Origin: an uncultured Acidobacteriota bacterium
Lineage (GTDB): Bacteria > Acidobacteriota > JAQAZP01
DNA length: 64,000 bases
Reading direction: 5' to 3'
Assembly (NCBI GenBank): GCA_963836075.1
Contig: CAWIIB010000009.1
Span: 160,001 to 224,000, forward strand
How positions within the stretch are numbered: position 1 is the stretch's first letter; each line of letters starts with the position of its first letter. This document shows positions 1 to 9,705 of this stretch, in pieces. The notes beneath the pieces were generated by a model, which saw nothing but the letters and a program-made list of their open reading frames with translations, ran no database searches and was not told where the DNA came from. The translations under genes and the position numbers were made by a program.

Positions 1-780
1 TGGATCCACCTGGTCACCCCGGTGAGCGCCAGTCTGGCCCGGCCGCTGGCCGACGGGCTGCGCAACCCCCTGCTTTGCCGCGATGACCGGGCCGTGCGGC
101 TGATGCCCCAGCGCCTGCTCTCCGCGCGGGAAGCGATGGAAGCGGCCATCGTCCGGGTCAACAGCCACGAGGTGGAGACCAGCTGGTCCGATGCCGGGGT
201 GATGCCCGGCGACCCGGACTGGGCCGGGGGCACGGTGCTCGAAGACCGGCGGTCGATCGACGTGCCCGCGCCCGCGCAAGCCGTGTTCCGGGAGGTGAGC
301 GGGATCGGCGGGGACCACGGCTACCCCGCGGCCAATTTCCTTTGGCGGCTGCGCGGCATCATGGACCGGCTGGCCGGCGGCCCCGGGTTGCGCCGCGGCC
401 GCCGCCACCCCGACCGCCTGGCCTACGGTGACGCGGTGGATTTCTGGCGGGTCTCGGCCCTCGATCCGGGCCGGCGCCTGGAACTGCGCGCGGAGATGAA
501 GCTGCCCGGCGTGGCGACACTGACCTTCGAGGTAACACCCGGCGCCGCGCAGGGGAGCGAAACGCGACTGGAACAGATCGCCCGGTTCAAACCGAGAGGG
601 CTGGCCGGCATCGTTTACTGGTACGCGGTGCTGCCGTTGCACGGGATCGTCTTCCGCCGAATGATCCGCGGGCTGGCCCGTGCGGCCGAGCGGCGCGCCG
701 CGAGGGAGGCCGCCGACAACGCTGCCGCGGGTACGGAAGATCCGGCCCCTGACCCGTCCAGCGCGGAGGGCGGGCGATGA
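1..780 (+). CDS. SDR/NAD-binding oxidoreductase with C-terminal DUF2867 (YbjT-like), 5' end outside the window
   Basis: Frame open from base 1; GG..GY...LWRLRG.MDRL.GGPGLRRGRR, DFWRV, LRAEMKLPG, F.PRGLAG..YWY motifs typical of DUF2867. Confidence 0.85.
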   Translation, partial: WIHLVTPVSASLARPLADGLRNPLLCRDDRAVRLMPQRLLSAREAMEAAIVRVNSHEVETSWSDAGVMPGDPDWAGGTVLEDRRSIDVPAPAQAVFREVSGIGGDHGYPAANFLWRLRGIMDRLAGGPGLRRGRRHPDRLAYGDAVDFWRVSALDPGRRLELRAEMKLPGVATLTFEVTPGAAQGSETRLEQIARFKPRGLAGIVYWYAVLPLHGIVFRRMIRGLARAAERRAAREAADNAAAGTEDPAPDPSSAEGGR

Positions 781-1844
781 TCCGCGGCGACGTCATCATC
801 GTGGGAGGAGGGATCGCCGGGCTGACCGCTGCCGGTGTCCTGCGACGTGCCGGTCTCCACGCGGTGGTGCTGGACAAGGGACGTGGTCCGGGCGGGCGCC
901 TGGCCACCCTCAGCGTTGATGTGGCCGGCAACGGCTGCGCCGTGTTTGATTACGGCGCCCAGCAGATCAGTGCGCGGGGGCCCGAGTTCCGGCGGCAGAT
1001 GGCGGCGTGGCTGGAGAGCGGCGTGGCCGTGGAATGGTGCCGCGGCCTGCCCGCGCCCGGGGAGCCCGAACCCGATGACCGGACGCCGCGCTACCGCGGC
1101 GCCGCCGGCGTGCGCGGTATCGCCCTCGACCTGGCTGACGGGATCGACCTGCACCTGCGGACCCGGGTGGCCTCCGTGACCGCGGAGATCGGCGGGTGGA
1201 CGGCCGAAACCGAAGACGGACGGCTCTTTCACGGGTCAGCCCTGCTGGTCACCGCCCCGGTGCCCCAGGCGCTCGACCTGCTCGACGCATCGGCCGTACC
1301 CATTCCGGCATCAGACCGGAATATCCTGCGGGGCATCGTCTACGAGCCTTGCATTGCGGTGCTGGCCAGAACCGGTGAACGGGTCAAGATTCCCGAACCG
1401 GGGGCCATCCGCCTGCCCGGGGAGCCGCTGATCTGGGCCGCCGACAACCGGGTCAAGGGAATCTCGCCCGATGCCGGTGCGGTGACCCTGCACGCCGGGC
1501 CCCGGACCAGCAAGCGGCTCTGGACCGACAGCGACCCCGACGTGGCCCGGGTCCTGCTGGCCGAGGCCGAACCCTGGATCGGCGCCGGCCCGGAGCTGGT
1601 CACCGTTCACCGCTGGCGCTACAGCCGGCCGGTCTCCACCCCCGATATCCCCTTTGCCATGCTCGGGACCGAGCCTCCGCTGGCCCTGGCCGGCGACGGC
1701 TTCGGGGGCTCGCGCGTGGAAGGGGCCTGGACCTCCGGCCGCACCGCCGGCGACTGGCTGGGAACGCAGCTGGGCCGGCCGGCCCTGGACCGGTCGAAAA
1801 CCATGCCGCAGGGGGTGACCGCCCCCGGCCCGGAGGAAAAGTGA
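777..1844 (+). CDS. Renalase-like FAD-dependent oxidoreductase
   Basis: GGGIAG FAD motif, DKGRGPGGRLAT, FDYGAQ, HRWRYS, GDGFGG.RVEGA.TSG. Confidence 0.85.
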   Translation: MIRGDVIIVGGGIAGLTAAGVLRRAGLHAVVLDKGRGPGGRLATLSVDVAGNGCAVFDYGAQQISARGPEFRRQMAAWLESGVAVEWCRGLPAPGEPEPDDRTPRYRGAAGVRGIALDLADGIDLHLRTRVASVTAEIGGWTAETEDGRLFHGSALLVTAPVPQALDLLDASAVPIPASDRNILRGIVYEPCIAVLARTGERVKIPEPGAIRLPGEPLIWAADNRVKGISPDAGAVTLHAGPRTSKRLWTDSDPDVARVLLAEAEPWIGAGPELVTVHRWRYSRPVSTPDIPFAMLGTEPPLALAGDGFGGSRVEGAWTSGRTAGDWLGTQLGRPALDRSKTMPQGVTAPGPEEK

Positions 1845-2633
1845 TGACACCCGTGACGCTCGCACTGGCCGGCTGGGCCGTGATGGCCCTGGTGATGCTG
1901 GCGCTCTATCTCGTTTCCCGGCGCACCGCCAACGCCGGCATCGTCGACGCGGGCTGGGCGGCCGGTGTGGGCGCCCTGGCCCTGCTCTACGCCGCTGCTG
2001 GGCAGCGGCGACCCGGCCCGCCGGGCGCTGCTGGCCGTGCTCGCCGGCGGCTGGGGCCTCAGGCTGGCCTGGTATCTGCTGACCGACCGCTTCATCGGCC
2101 GTCCCGAGGACGGGCGCTACACCATGCTGCGCCGCCAGTGGGGCGACAAGGCCGAAAGGAACCTGGCCCTCTTTTTCCAGGTCCAGGCCTTCTGGGCGGT
2201 GCTCTTCTCCGTCCCCTTCCTGCCGGTGGTCTTCTCCGGGGCCGACTTCTCCTGGCTCGATATCGCCGGCGCCGCGGTCTGGGCCGTGGCCGTGGGGGGC
2301 GAGTGGACCGCCGACCGCCAGCTGGCCCGCTTCCGCGAGGATCCCCAAAGTGCCGGCCGCACCTGCCGCGCCGGACTCTGGCGCTACAGCCGTCATCCGA
2401 ACTACTTCTTCGAATGGATTCACTGGTTCGCCTACCCGCTGCTGGCCTTCGGCTCATCCTGGTGGTGGGTCAGCCTGGCCGGGCCGGTGGTGATGCTGGT
2501 CTTCCTGCTGCAGATCACCGGCATCCCCTACACCGAGAAACGGGCGCTGGAGTCCCGCGGCGACGATTACCGCGAGTACCAGCGCACCACCAGTGCATTC
2601 ATCCCCTGGTTCCCCAAGGAGGACAAAGCGTGA
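1844..2633 (+). CDS. DUF1295 (steroid 5-alpha-reductase-like) membrane protein, one frameshift near 1990-2000
   Basis: N-terminus (NAGIVDAGW) is in the frame of the 1841 ORF; the remainder (WGLRL, EDGRY, ADRQL, GLWRYSRHPNYFFE) is in the frame of the 1965 ORF. Confidence 0.8.
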
Positions 2634-3658
2634 GCATCGCCATCGATCTCATGGAGCGGGGCCTGCTGCCCGACAGCCTGGTCCGCTTCGGCATCCGCCG
2701 GCTCTGCCGGCAGCGCCTGCGCGACGAGGACCGGGGTTCGCCCGAAGCCAACACTGCGGCAAAGAAGGCCTTTGTGGAGGCCCTGCGCAGCGAGCCGGTG
2801 GCCGTGCATACCGACGCGGCCAACGAACAGCACTACGAGGTGCCGGCGGAGTTCTTCCGCCTCTCCCTGGGCCCGCGGCTGAAGTACAGCTGCTGCTGGT
2901 GGCCCGAAGGCGTGGACAGTCTGGCCGCGGCCGAGGACGCATCCCTCGAGCAGGTCTGCCGCCGCGCCGAACTGGCCGACGGCATGGAGATCCTCGAACT
3001 GGGCTGCGGCTGGGGGTCGCTCTCGCTCTGGATGGCCGAACGCTACCCCAACAGCCGTATCCTCTCCGTCTCCAACTCCGCCGGCCAGCGGGCGTTCATC
3101 GAGGCCCGCCGCGACGAGCTGGGCCTGGGCAATCTCGAACTGCTCACCGCCGACGCCAACGACCTGCGGCTGGACCGCTCCTTCCACCGTGCGGTATCCA
3201 TCGAGATGTTCGAGCACATGCGCAACTACCGCACCCTGCTGGGACGGGTGGCCGGTTGGCTCAAGCCGGGGGGCAAGCTCTTCGTCCACGTCTTCACCCA
3301 CCGCGAGTTCGCCTATCCCTACGAGACCGAGGGCGAGGACAACTGGATGGGGCGCTATTTCTTCACCGGCGGGCTGATGCCCTCGGACGACCTGCTGCTC
3401 CAGTTCCAGGACCACGTGGCCATCGAGGAGCAGTGGCGGATCGACGGCACTCACTACCAGAGAACCGCCGAAGCCTGGCTGGCGGCCATGGACCGCAACC
3501 GGGCCGCGATCATGCCGGTGTTCGAGGAGACCTACGGGGACGAGGCGGGCCGCTGGTTCCAGCGCTGGCGGGTCTTCTACATGGCCTGCGCCGAGCTGTG
3601 GGGGTTTCGCGGCGGCTCCGAATGGGGCGTGTGCCACTACCGCTTTGTCAAGAGTTGA
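2630..3658 (+). CDS. SAM-dependent methyltransferase, cyclopropane synthase/coclaurine N-methyltransferase-like
   Basis: GTG at 2630 overlaps the upstream stop and follows AGGAGG; ANEQHYEVP, LKYSCC, LELGCGWGS, SIEMFEHMRNY. Confidence 0.9.
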   Translation: MSIAIDLMERGLLPDSLVRFGIRRLCRQRLRDEDRGSPEANTAAKKAFVEALRSEPVAVHTDAANEQHYEVPAEFFRLSLGPRLKYSCCWWPEGVDSLAAAEDASLEQVCRRAELADGMEILELGCGWGSLSLWMAERYPNSRILSVSNSAGQRAFIEARRDELGLGNLELLTADANDLRLDRSFHRAVSIEMFEHMRNYRTLLGRVAGWLKPGGKLFVHVFTHREFAYPYETEGEDNWMGRYFFTGGLMPSDDLLLQFQDHVAIEEQWRIDGTHYQRTAEAWLAAMDRNRAAIMPVFEETYGDEAGRWFQRWRVFYMACAELWGFRGGSEWGVCHYRFVKS

Positions 3659-4184
3659 CCCGTTCCGCTTCCGCCCGCAACCGCGCAGCGATAACCACCG
3701 TTGCCGGCAGGGCGATGGCCCAGGCAAGTCCCACCATGGCCAGCGACAAGTATCCCGGCTCACCCAGGGTCACCGCACCCAGTCCGCCACCTGCGGCATA
3801 GGCCGACGGCCCGCCCACGGCGCCCAGCAGGGCCGCCACCAGCGGCCGGCCCTCCAGCCAGCGCAGCGAGGTGGAGAGGGTGGTGCCGAAGTTGACCCAC
3901 AACGCCACCATCCAGGGCGTGCTCCAGGGGCCGGGATAGAGATCGCCGCGCACCGGGTCGATGGCCCCGGCCAGATCGAGCAGCGTGTCCGCCGCGAACC
4001 CGATCAGCACCATGATGCCGGCGAGGATGAGCTCCGGCCGCCGCTGCTCGGCCAGCACGAGGTGCAGGGCAAAAAAGGCCAGTACCGCCAGTGGGCCAAG
4101 CCAGTAGTACCCGGCGGCGGCGCCCAGCGCGCAGGCGAACCACCCGGCATTCACCGTCACCACGTTGACCAGGGTCTTGATCAC
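3648..4184 (-). CDS. DUF2878 family membrane protein
   Basis: GWFAC, PWMVALW.NF, LGAVGGP.AY.AG motifs; typical cfa-cluster context. Confidence 0.8.
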   Translation of the reverse strand: MIKTLVNVVTVNAGWFACALGAAAGYYWLGPLAVLAFFALHLVLAEQRRPELILAGIMVLIGFAADTLLDLAGAIDPVRGDLYPGPWSTPWMVALWVNFGTTLSTSLRWLEGRPLVAALLGAVGGPSAYAAGGGLGAVTLGEPGYLSLAMVGLAWAIALPATVVIAARLRAEAERVNS

Positions 4185-5488
4185 AGGTCTTCCTCCGCCG
4201 GGCCGTCCGCCGGCAGGGGCGGCGACACGGTCACGGTGCGGTTGAGCGGCCTGGCGAACACCGCCTGGACGTCACCGATGTAGCGCTCGGCAAAGGCGCC
4301 CTGGCAGTAGGCGAGGTAGAACTCCCACATGCGCAGGAACCGCTCGGGGTAACCGAGGGCGGCGACCCTGTCCCGGTTCTCGAGGAAGCGGACCCGCCAG
4401 CGCCGCAGGGTCTCCGCGTAGTGCGGGGTGATGTCCTCCATGTGCACCAGCCCCAGGTCGGTGGTGCGGGTGGCCGAGGCGCACATCACCGTGGGCGAGA
4501 CCAGGCAGGACCCGGGGAAGATGTAGCGCTTGATGAAGTCGACGCTTTTCGTCTGGGCCTGGTGGAAACGGTCGGCGATGGTGATCGCCTGCAGGGCCAG
4601 CAGGCCGTCCGGCTTCAACAGCTCTCCGCAGCGCTGGAAGAAAAGGTCGAGGTGGTCGTGGCCCACAGCCTCGATCATCTCGATGGAGACCAGCCGGTCG
4701 TACTGGCCGCGCAGGTCGCGGTAGTCCTCCATCAACAGCTCCACCTTGTCTTCGAGGCCGGCCGCACGCACCCGCTCCGCGGCCAGCCGGTGCTGTTCGG
4801 CCGAGATGGTGGTGCTGGTGACCCGGCAGCCGTAAGTGCCGGCGGCGTGCAGGGCGAAGCCGCCCCAGCCGGTGCCGATCTCCAGCACGTGGTGCGTGTC
4901 ATCGAGGCCCAGCTTGCGGCAGAGCCGGTCGTACTTGGCCACCGAGGCCTCGGCCAGGGTCATGCCCGGCCGCTCGAACAGTGCCGAAGAATAGGTCATG
5001 GTCTCGTCGAGGAACAGGGCATAGAAATCGTTGCCCAGGTCGTAGTGCTCGGCGATATTGGCCCGGCTGCCCGAGCGGGTGTTGCGACGCCCGCGGTGGT
5101 AGAGCCGGTCCACCAGCCCGGTGAGCCTGAACCAGCCCGTGTCCAACTCCTCCATCAGCTGGAGGTTGCGCACCAGCACCCGCACCACGCCGGGCAGGTC
5201 GTCGGTCTCCCAGTGGCCGTCCATGAACGACTCGGCCGCGCCCAGGGTGCCCCTGAGCAGCAGGGCGGTATAGAGCTCCGGGTCGCTCACCCGGACCGTG
5301 GGATGAGGCTCGCCGGCCCGGCCCGGGGCACCGAGCACCAGCCGTTCTCCATCCTCCTCGATGGTCATCGCGCCCCAGTCGATACCTGCCAGCCGCTGAA
5401 CCAGTTGCCTGCGAGCCCAGTGCTGGAAGCGGGTTCTGTTTCCCGGCCGGACGGCGGGTCCGGCCAGGGAGAGGTCACTGCTGTTCAT
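4181..5488 (-). CDS. cfa: Cyclopropane-fatty-acyl-phospholipid synthase family methyltransferase
   Basis: NIAEHYDLGNDFY.LFLD.TMTYS, LEIGTGWG, SIEMIEAVG, DFIKRYIFPG, RMWEFYLAYC. Confidence 0.9.
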   Translation of the reverse strand: MNSSDLSLAGPAVRPGNRTRFQHWARRQLVQRLAGIDWGAMTIEEDGERLVLGAPGRAGEPHPTVRVSDPELYTALLLRGTLGAAESFMDGHWETDDLPGVVRVLVRNLQLMEELDTGWFRLTGLVDRLYHRGRRNTRSGSRANIAEHYDLGNDFYALFLDETMTYSSALFERPGMTLAEASVAKYDRLCRKLGLDDTHHVLEIGTGWGGFALHAAGTYGCRVTSTTISAEQHRLAAERVRAAGLEDKVELLMEDYRDLRGQYDRLVSIEMIEAVGHDHLDLFFQRCGELLKPDGLLALQAITIADRFHQAQTKSVDFIKRYIFPGSCLVSPTVMCASATRTTDLGLVHMEDITPHYAETLRRWRVRFLENRDRVAALGYPERFLRMWEFYLAYCQGAFAERYIGDVQAVFARPLNRTVTVSPPLPADGPAEEDL

Positions 5489-6264
5489 GATTCCTCCTTT
5501 GCCGCGGCCCGGGGTTTTGCCGGGTGGGGGTAAAAGGGCACACGCCGCAGCCAGAGGCGCAGCGCCTGCCAGTAGATGGCGGCCACCACCTTGACGGTCA
5601 TCAGCGGGTAGCGCACGATCACCCGGCCCATCGACCGCCGGGTGATCTCCCGCCGCTCGAGGCCCAGAGTGACATCGAACATCGCCCGCTCGCCTTCGGT
5701 GGTGTGCATCTGCACCCCCAGCCGCTCGCCGGGGAGCTGGAAGCGCCAGTCGTATTGCTGATCCATGCCCATGAAGGGTGAGACGTGGAAATCCTTGTCG
5801 AAGTTGTGCCGGGTCCAGCCGTCAGCGGCCCGGTTCCCCGGGTGGGCGGTGTCCAGCACGTAGGTGTGCCGCTCACGCCAGGGGGTGTTGTCGATCTCGG
5901 CAGCCACGGCGTCGAGGTTGCCGGTGGTGTCGAAGCAGTAGTAGAAGGTTACCGGGTTGAAACAGATACCGAATGTCCGCGGGTGGGTCAGCATGCGCAC
6001 CGCGCCTTCCGGCCGGCGGCCCAGTCGTGCGGCCACGGTAGCCCGAACCGCCTCGTCCAGCGGCCGGGCCGGGTTGCCGTGGTAGTCGGCACGGCGGAAG
6101 CTGATCACGTTGGCCCGTTCCAGCGACCAGAGCGGGTGGCTGTCGAAGACCGCCTCCAGCTCGGACAGGTCGAAGTAGGCCATGAACAGCGGGTAGCGGA
6201 ACGTGCGCCGCACCGGGTGGTGGCGCTGGTGCTGGACAAAGCCCTGGTAGATGGCGCTTTCCAT
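5485..6264 (-). CDS. DUF1365 family protein
   Basis: H.R..P..R.F.Y, FNPVTFYYC, EIDNTPWRERH.Y, K.FHVSPFM, IYWQALRLW. Confidence 0.9.
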   Translation of the reverse strand: MESAIYQGFVQHQRHHPVRRTFRYPLFMAYFDLSELEAVFDSHPLWSLERANVISFRRADYHGNPARPLDEAVRATVAARLGRRPEGAVRMLTHPRTFGICFNPVTFYYCFDTTGNLDAVAAEIDNTPWRERHTYVLDTAHPGNRAADGWTRHNFDKDFHVSPFMGMDQQYDWRFQLPGERLGVQMHTTEGERAMFDVTLGLERREITRRSMGRVIVRYPLMTVKVVAAIYWQALRLWLRRVPFYPHPAKPRAAAKEES

Positions 6265-6266
6265 TG

Positions 6267-7508
6267 TCAAAGCCTCTCGCCGAACTGGCGGCAGACGTCG
6301 AGGGCGCTGTTCACCCCGTCCTCGTGGAAGCCGAAGCCCCAGTAAGCCCCGCAGTAATGGATGCCGGCGGCGCCGCTGATCTCCCGGTGCCTGCGCTGGG
6401 CCGCCGCGCCGGCGGTGGTGAACACCGGGTGGGCATAGGTTGCCCTGTGCAGCACACTGTCCGGGTCAATCTCGTCGTCGCGGTTGAGGGTGACACAGAA
6501 CTCCACCGGCGCGTCCAGGCTCTGCAGGCGGTTCATCGAGTAGGTCACCGAGGACTGCTGCCCCGGCCCGGCCGGCAGGTGGTAGTTCCAGCTGGCCCGC
6601 ACCTTGTGCAGCTTCGGCAGCATGCGCTGGTCGGTGTGCAGCACCACCGAGTTCTCCTGGTACGGGATGGCGCCCAGCAACCGGCGCTCGGCAGCGGTGG
6701 GCTCCTCGAGCATGGCCAGGGCCTGGTCGCTGTGCACCGCCACCACCGCCTGGTCGAACCGTTCCGGCTCACCACCCCGGGGCACCACCTCCACCCCGCC
6801 AGGCGTGCGCCGTATGGCGCGCACCGGCGTGTTCAGGCGGATGCGGTCCTGCCACCCGGCGGTGAGAGCCTCCAGGTATCGGCTGGAGCCGCCCTTGACC
6901 ACCAGCCACTGGGGCTGTCCGTAGACCCGGAGGAACCCGTGGTTGCCGAGGAAGAGGGCAAAGGTGCGCGCCGGGAAAGACTCGAAGCTCAGCGGGTCGG
7001 CGGACCAGAGGGCCGCATAGAGGGGGACGAGAAACTTCTCCCGGAAGTAGGAGGAATAGCCGTTCTGGTCCAGATATTCCCCCAGGGTCAGGTCGGGGGC
7101 CATGTCGGCGAAATCCCCGGCCGACCGCTGGAGGCGGAAGATGTCGACCAGCATCCGCCAGAAGGGCACGCTCCACAGATTGCGCCGCTGGGCAAAGAGC
7201 GTGCCCGGCGTGGACGGCCGGTATTCCAGGCCACTGGCCGCGCACTGCACGCTGAAGCTCATCTCGCTCTTCTGCCACGCCACTCCGATCTTGCGGAGCA
7301 GTGCCACGAAGTTGGGATAGGTGGTCTCGTTGAACACGATGAAGCCGGTGTCCACGGCCCAGCTAAGGCCGCCGGCCTCCACGTCGACGGTGCTGGTGTG
7401 CCCTCCGAGGCGGCCATCGGCCTCGAAGAGGGTCACCTCGTGGGACCGCTGCAGCAGGTAGGCGGCGGTGAGCCCCGAGATGCCCGATCCGATGACGGCG
7501 ATACGCAT
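6267..7508 (-). CDS. FAD-dependent oxidoreductase (amine oxidase family) of cfa/DUF1365 clusters
   Basis: MRIAVIGSGISGL, VDTGFIVFN..TYPNF, ASWNY, CGAYWGFGFHEDG. Confidence 0.9.
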   Translation of the reverse strand: MRIAVIGSGISGLTAAYLLQRSHEVTLFEADGRLGGHTSTVDVEAGGLSWAVDTGFIVFNETTYPNFVALLRKIGVAWQKSEMSFSVQCAASGLEYRPSTPGTLFAQRRNLWSVPFWRMLVDIFRLQRSAGDFADMAPDLTLGEYLDQNGYSSYFREKFLVPLYAALWSADPLSFESFPARTFALFLGNHGFLRVYGQPQWLVVKGGSSRYLEALTAGWQDRIRLNTPVRAIRRTPGGVEVVPRGGEPERFDQAVVAVHSDQALAMLEEPTAAERRLLGAIPYQENSVVLHTDQRMLPKLHKVRASWNYHLPAGPGQQSSVTYSMNRLQSLDAPVEFCVTLNRDDEIDPDSVLHRATYAHPVFTTAGAAAQRRHREISGAAGIHYCGAYWGFGFHEDGVNSALDVCRQFGERL

Positions 7509-7519
7509 GGCCCTTCCCC

Positions 7520-8512
7520 TCAGCCCCCTGCCCCGCCGGCGGTGTCCCGGATGAGGTTCGACCGCAGCACCCCGGCCGGCACCGGCCGGAGGTCCTGAAC
7601 GATTCCCAGCCGGGCCATCAGCCACAGGCCGTAGTAGGTGAGATCGATCTCCCACCAGAAAAAGCCCTGACGAGCCGCGGCCGCGTAATGGTGGTGGTTG
7701 TTGTGCCATCCCTCGCCAAAGGTGAGCAGCGCCAGCAGCAGGTTGTTGCGGCTGTTGTCCGCGGTGGCGTAACGCCGCCGGCCCACCAGGTGGTCCAGCG
7801 AGTTGATGGTGCTGGTGGCGTGAAAGAGCACCACGGTGGAGATGAAGAAGCCCCAGACCAGCAGCTGCGGACCACTTGTGCCGGCCCCGGGAGCGAACCG
7901 CTGCAGCAGCTCGCCGGCGCCGAACAGCGCCGCGGCCAGCAGCACCGGCACCAGCACGCTGAAGCGGTTGAGGAAGCGCAGCTCGGGGAATGCCGCAAGG
8001 TCCTTTACCAGGGCGTGCCGCGTGCGAAACGCTCCCGGCGTGGTGAGCCAGGTGACGTGGCTCCAGAGGAAACCCTTTTCCAGGGGCGAGTGGACGTCAT
8101 CCTCCTTGTCGGAGTGCTTGTGGTGGTGCCGGTGGTGCCCCGCCCACCAGAGCGGTCCCCGTTGGACCGCCGACGTGCCGAGCGCGGCAAAGAGGAACTG
8201 CCAGAACCGGGAGGTGCGGAACGTGCGGTGGGAGAAGTAGCGGTGGTAGAAGGCGGTGATGGCAAACATGCGCACCGCGTAAAGACCGGCAGCCACGGCC
8301 ACCGCCGTCCAGCTCCAGCCAACCCAGATCACACTGAGGCAGGCCAGGTGCAGTACCACGAATGGCAGAATCCGAAGCCAGTCAGGGCGATCGGCACTTC
8401 CTGCGGCGTAGGAATCGTCCACGGCCTCATCGTCCACCCAGCGGACCAGGGACTTCACCACCCGGCTCTGACCAATCCGTCCCGGCTTCGGTTTTTCAGA
8501 GGTGTCAGCCAT
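7520..8512 (-). CDS. Acyl-CoA/acyl-lipid delta-9-type desaturase
   Basis: His boxes HRYFSH, HRHHH and GEGWHNNHH; WWEIDLTY. Confidence 0.92.
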   Translation of the reverse strand: MADTSEKPKPGRIGQSRVVKSLVRWVDDEAVDDSYAAGSADRPDWLRILPFVVLHLACLSVIWVGWSWTAVAVAAGLYAVRMFAITAFYHRYFSHRTFRTSRFWQFLFAALGTSAVQRGPLWWAGHHRHHHKHSDKEDDVHSPLEKGFLWSHVTWLTTPGAFRTRHALVKDLAAFPELRFLNRFSVLVPVLLAAALFGAGELLQRFAPGAGTSGPQLLVWGFFISTVVLFHATSTINSLDHLVGRRRYATADNSRNNLLLALLTFGEGWHNNHHHYAAAARQGFFWWEIDLTYYGLWLMARLGIVQDLRPVPAGVLRSNLIRDTAGGAGG

Positions 8513-9147
8513 TTTTTCCCGTCTCAGGAAGAAAAACCATCGCGACGTTCTGTTCATGGAGATGTACAGACAAATATTATACTAAAGCCCCCTCCCCCAC
8601 TAACTACACTGCGGGGGGAGGGGGCTCGAGGGACGCCGTTTCCGGCATCCACAGGGGGTGTCTATGAACTATCAGCGCCCGGCGGGAGAACAGCCCGCCG
8701 GACGCTGTTTGAGGAGCGTCCCCGGCGAGAGACCGGGACCGTATCAGCTGCTCCTGTCACTGACTTGACAAAAAGTTCTATTCAGTTTTACCAGTCATCG
8801 TGTGCGATTGGTCGTCCAAAATAATCGTTGGCCTTTTCATCCTCGGGCAACGCTCTGTATCACTTCACTTTGTAAAGATAGCAAAGCAGATTCATGATGT
8901 CAAGCTTTTATTTGATTTATTTTAGATTTAATATAGACAGTCTTGATTTCAAGCCTATGTCCAATCGATTTCTGCTGCCATATGCCGAACCTGGCCTAAA
9001 ATAGTTTCGGCAATATCCTTCCTGGCTCTCGTAAGAGGTACTGCTCAACGTGCAATAATCCTCCGCGGCCCGTCCCGGAACTGTTAATGAATCATGAGGA
9101 GCGGCGTTACAGTGGGTGAGAATAAAAAAAGAGGGAGGGAACAGCGG

Positions 9148-9705
9148 ATGCAGATGCAAGCAGTGAAAGAACCACCCGCCGCCGATCTGCCGCTGGAGCT
9201 CGAAACCGTGTTCAACGAGCACCACCGGCTGGTTTTCCAGGCCGCACACCGGATCACCGGCAATGCCGAGGACGCCGAAGACGTGCTGCAGACCGTCTTC
9301 ACCAGGCTGCTCCGCGGCGGGCCGTGGCCCGGGCTGGCCGAAAACCCCGGCGGGTATCTGCGCCGCTCGGCGGTGAACGCCGCCCTCGACGTGCTCCGCT
9401 CGAGGAAGCGGGCCAGGGTGATCAGCCTGGACAGCGGGAAGGCCGAGCCGCAGGAACAGCGGCCCACCGACCCGCAACGGCAGCTGGAGGGACACGAACT
9501 GCGCCGCCGGCTGCGCCAGGCCGTGGCCGGTCTGAACCAGCGGGCGGCCGAAGTCTTCGCTCTGCGCTTCTTCGAGGGTTACGACAACCGGGAAATCGCT
9601 CGGATGCTCGACACATCCAGCGGCACGGTGGCGGTGACGCTCAACCGGGCCAGGAAACAGTTGATGAGCGAACTGCGTGAATTTGCGGGAGGATATTTCT
9701 CATGA
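9148..9705 (+). CDS. ECF RNA polymerase sigma-70 factor
   Basis: AEDAEDVLQTVF region 2; EGY...EIA.ML....GTV...L.RAR region 4. Confidence 0.92.
   Translation: MQMQAVKEPPAADLPLELETVFNEHHRLVFQAAHRITGNAEDAEDVLQTVFTRLLRGGPWPGLAENPGGYLRRSAVNAALDVLRSRKRARVISLDSGKAEPQEQRPTDPQRQLEGHELRRRLRQAVAGLNQRAAEVFALRFFEGYDNREIARMLDTSSGTVAVTLNRARKQLMSELREFAGGYFS

Noticed and set aside
1841-3658. 605-aa ORF as a membrane protein-methyltransferase fusion
   Set aside because: It is an artefact of one frameshift in the DUF1295 gene; the methyltransferase has its own SD and GTG at 2630.
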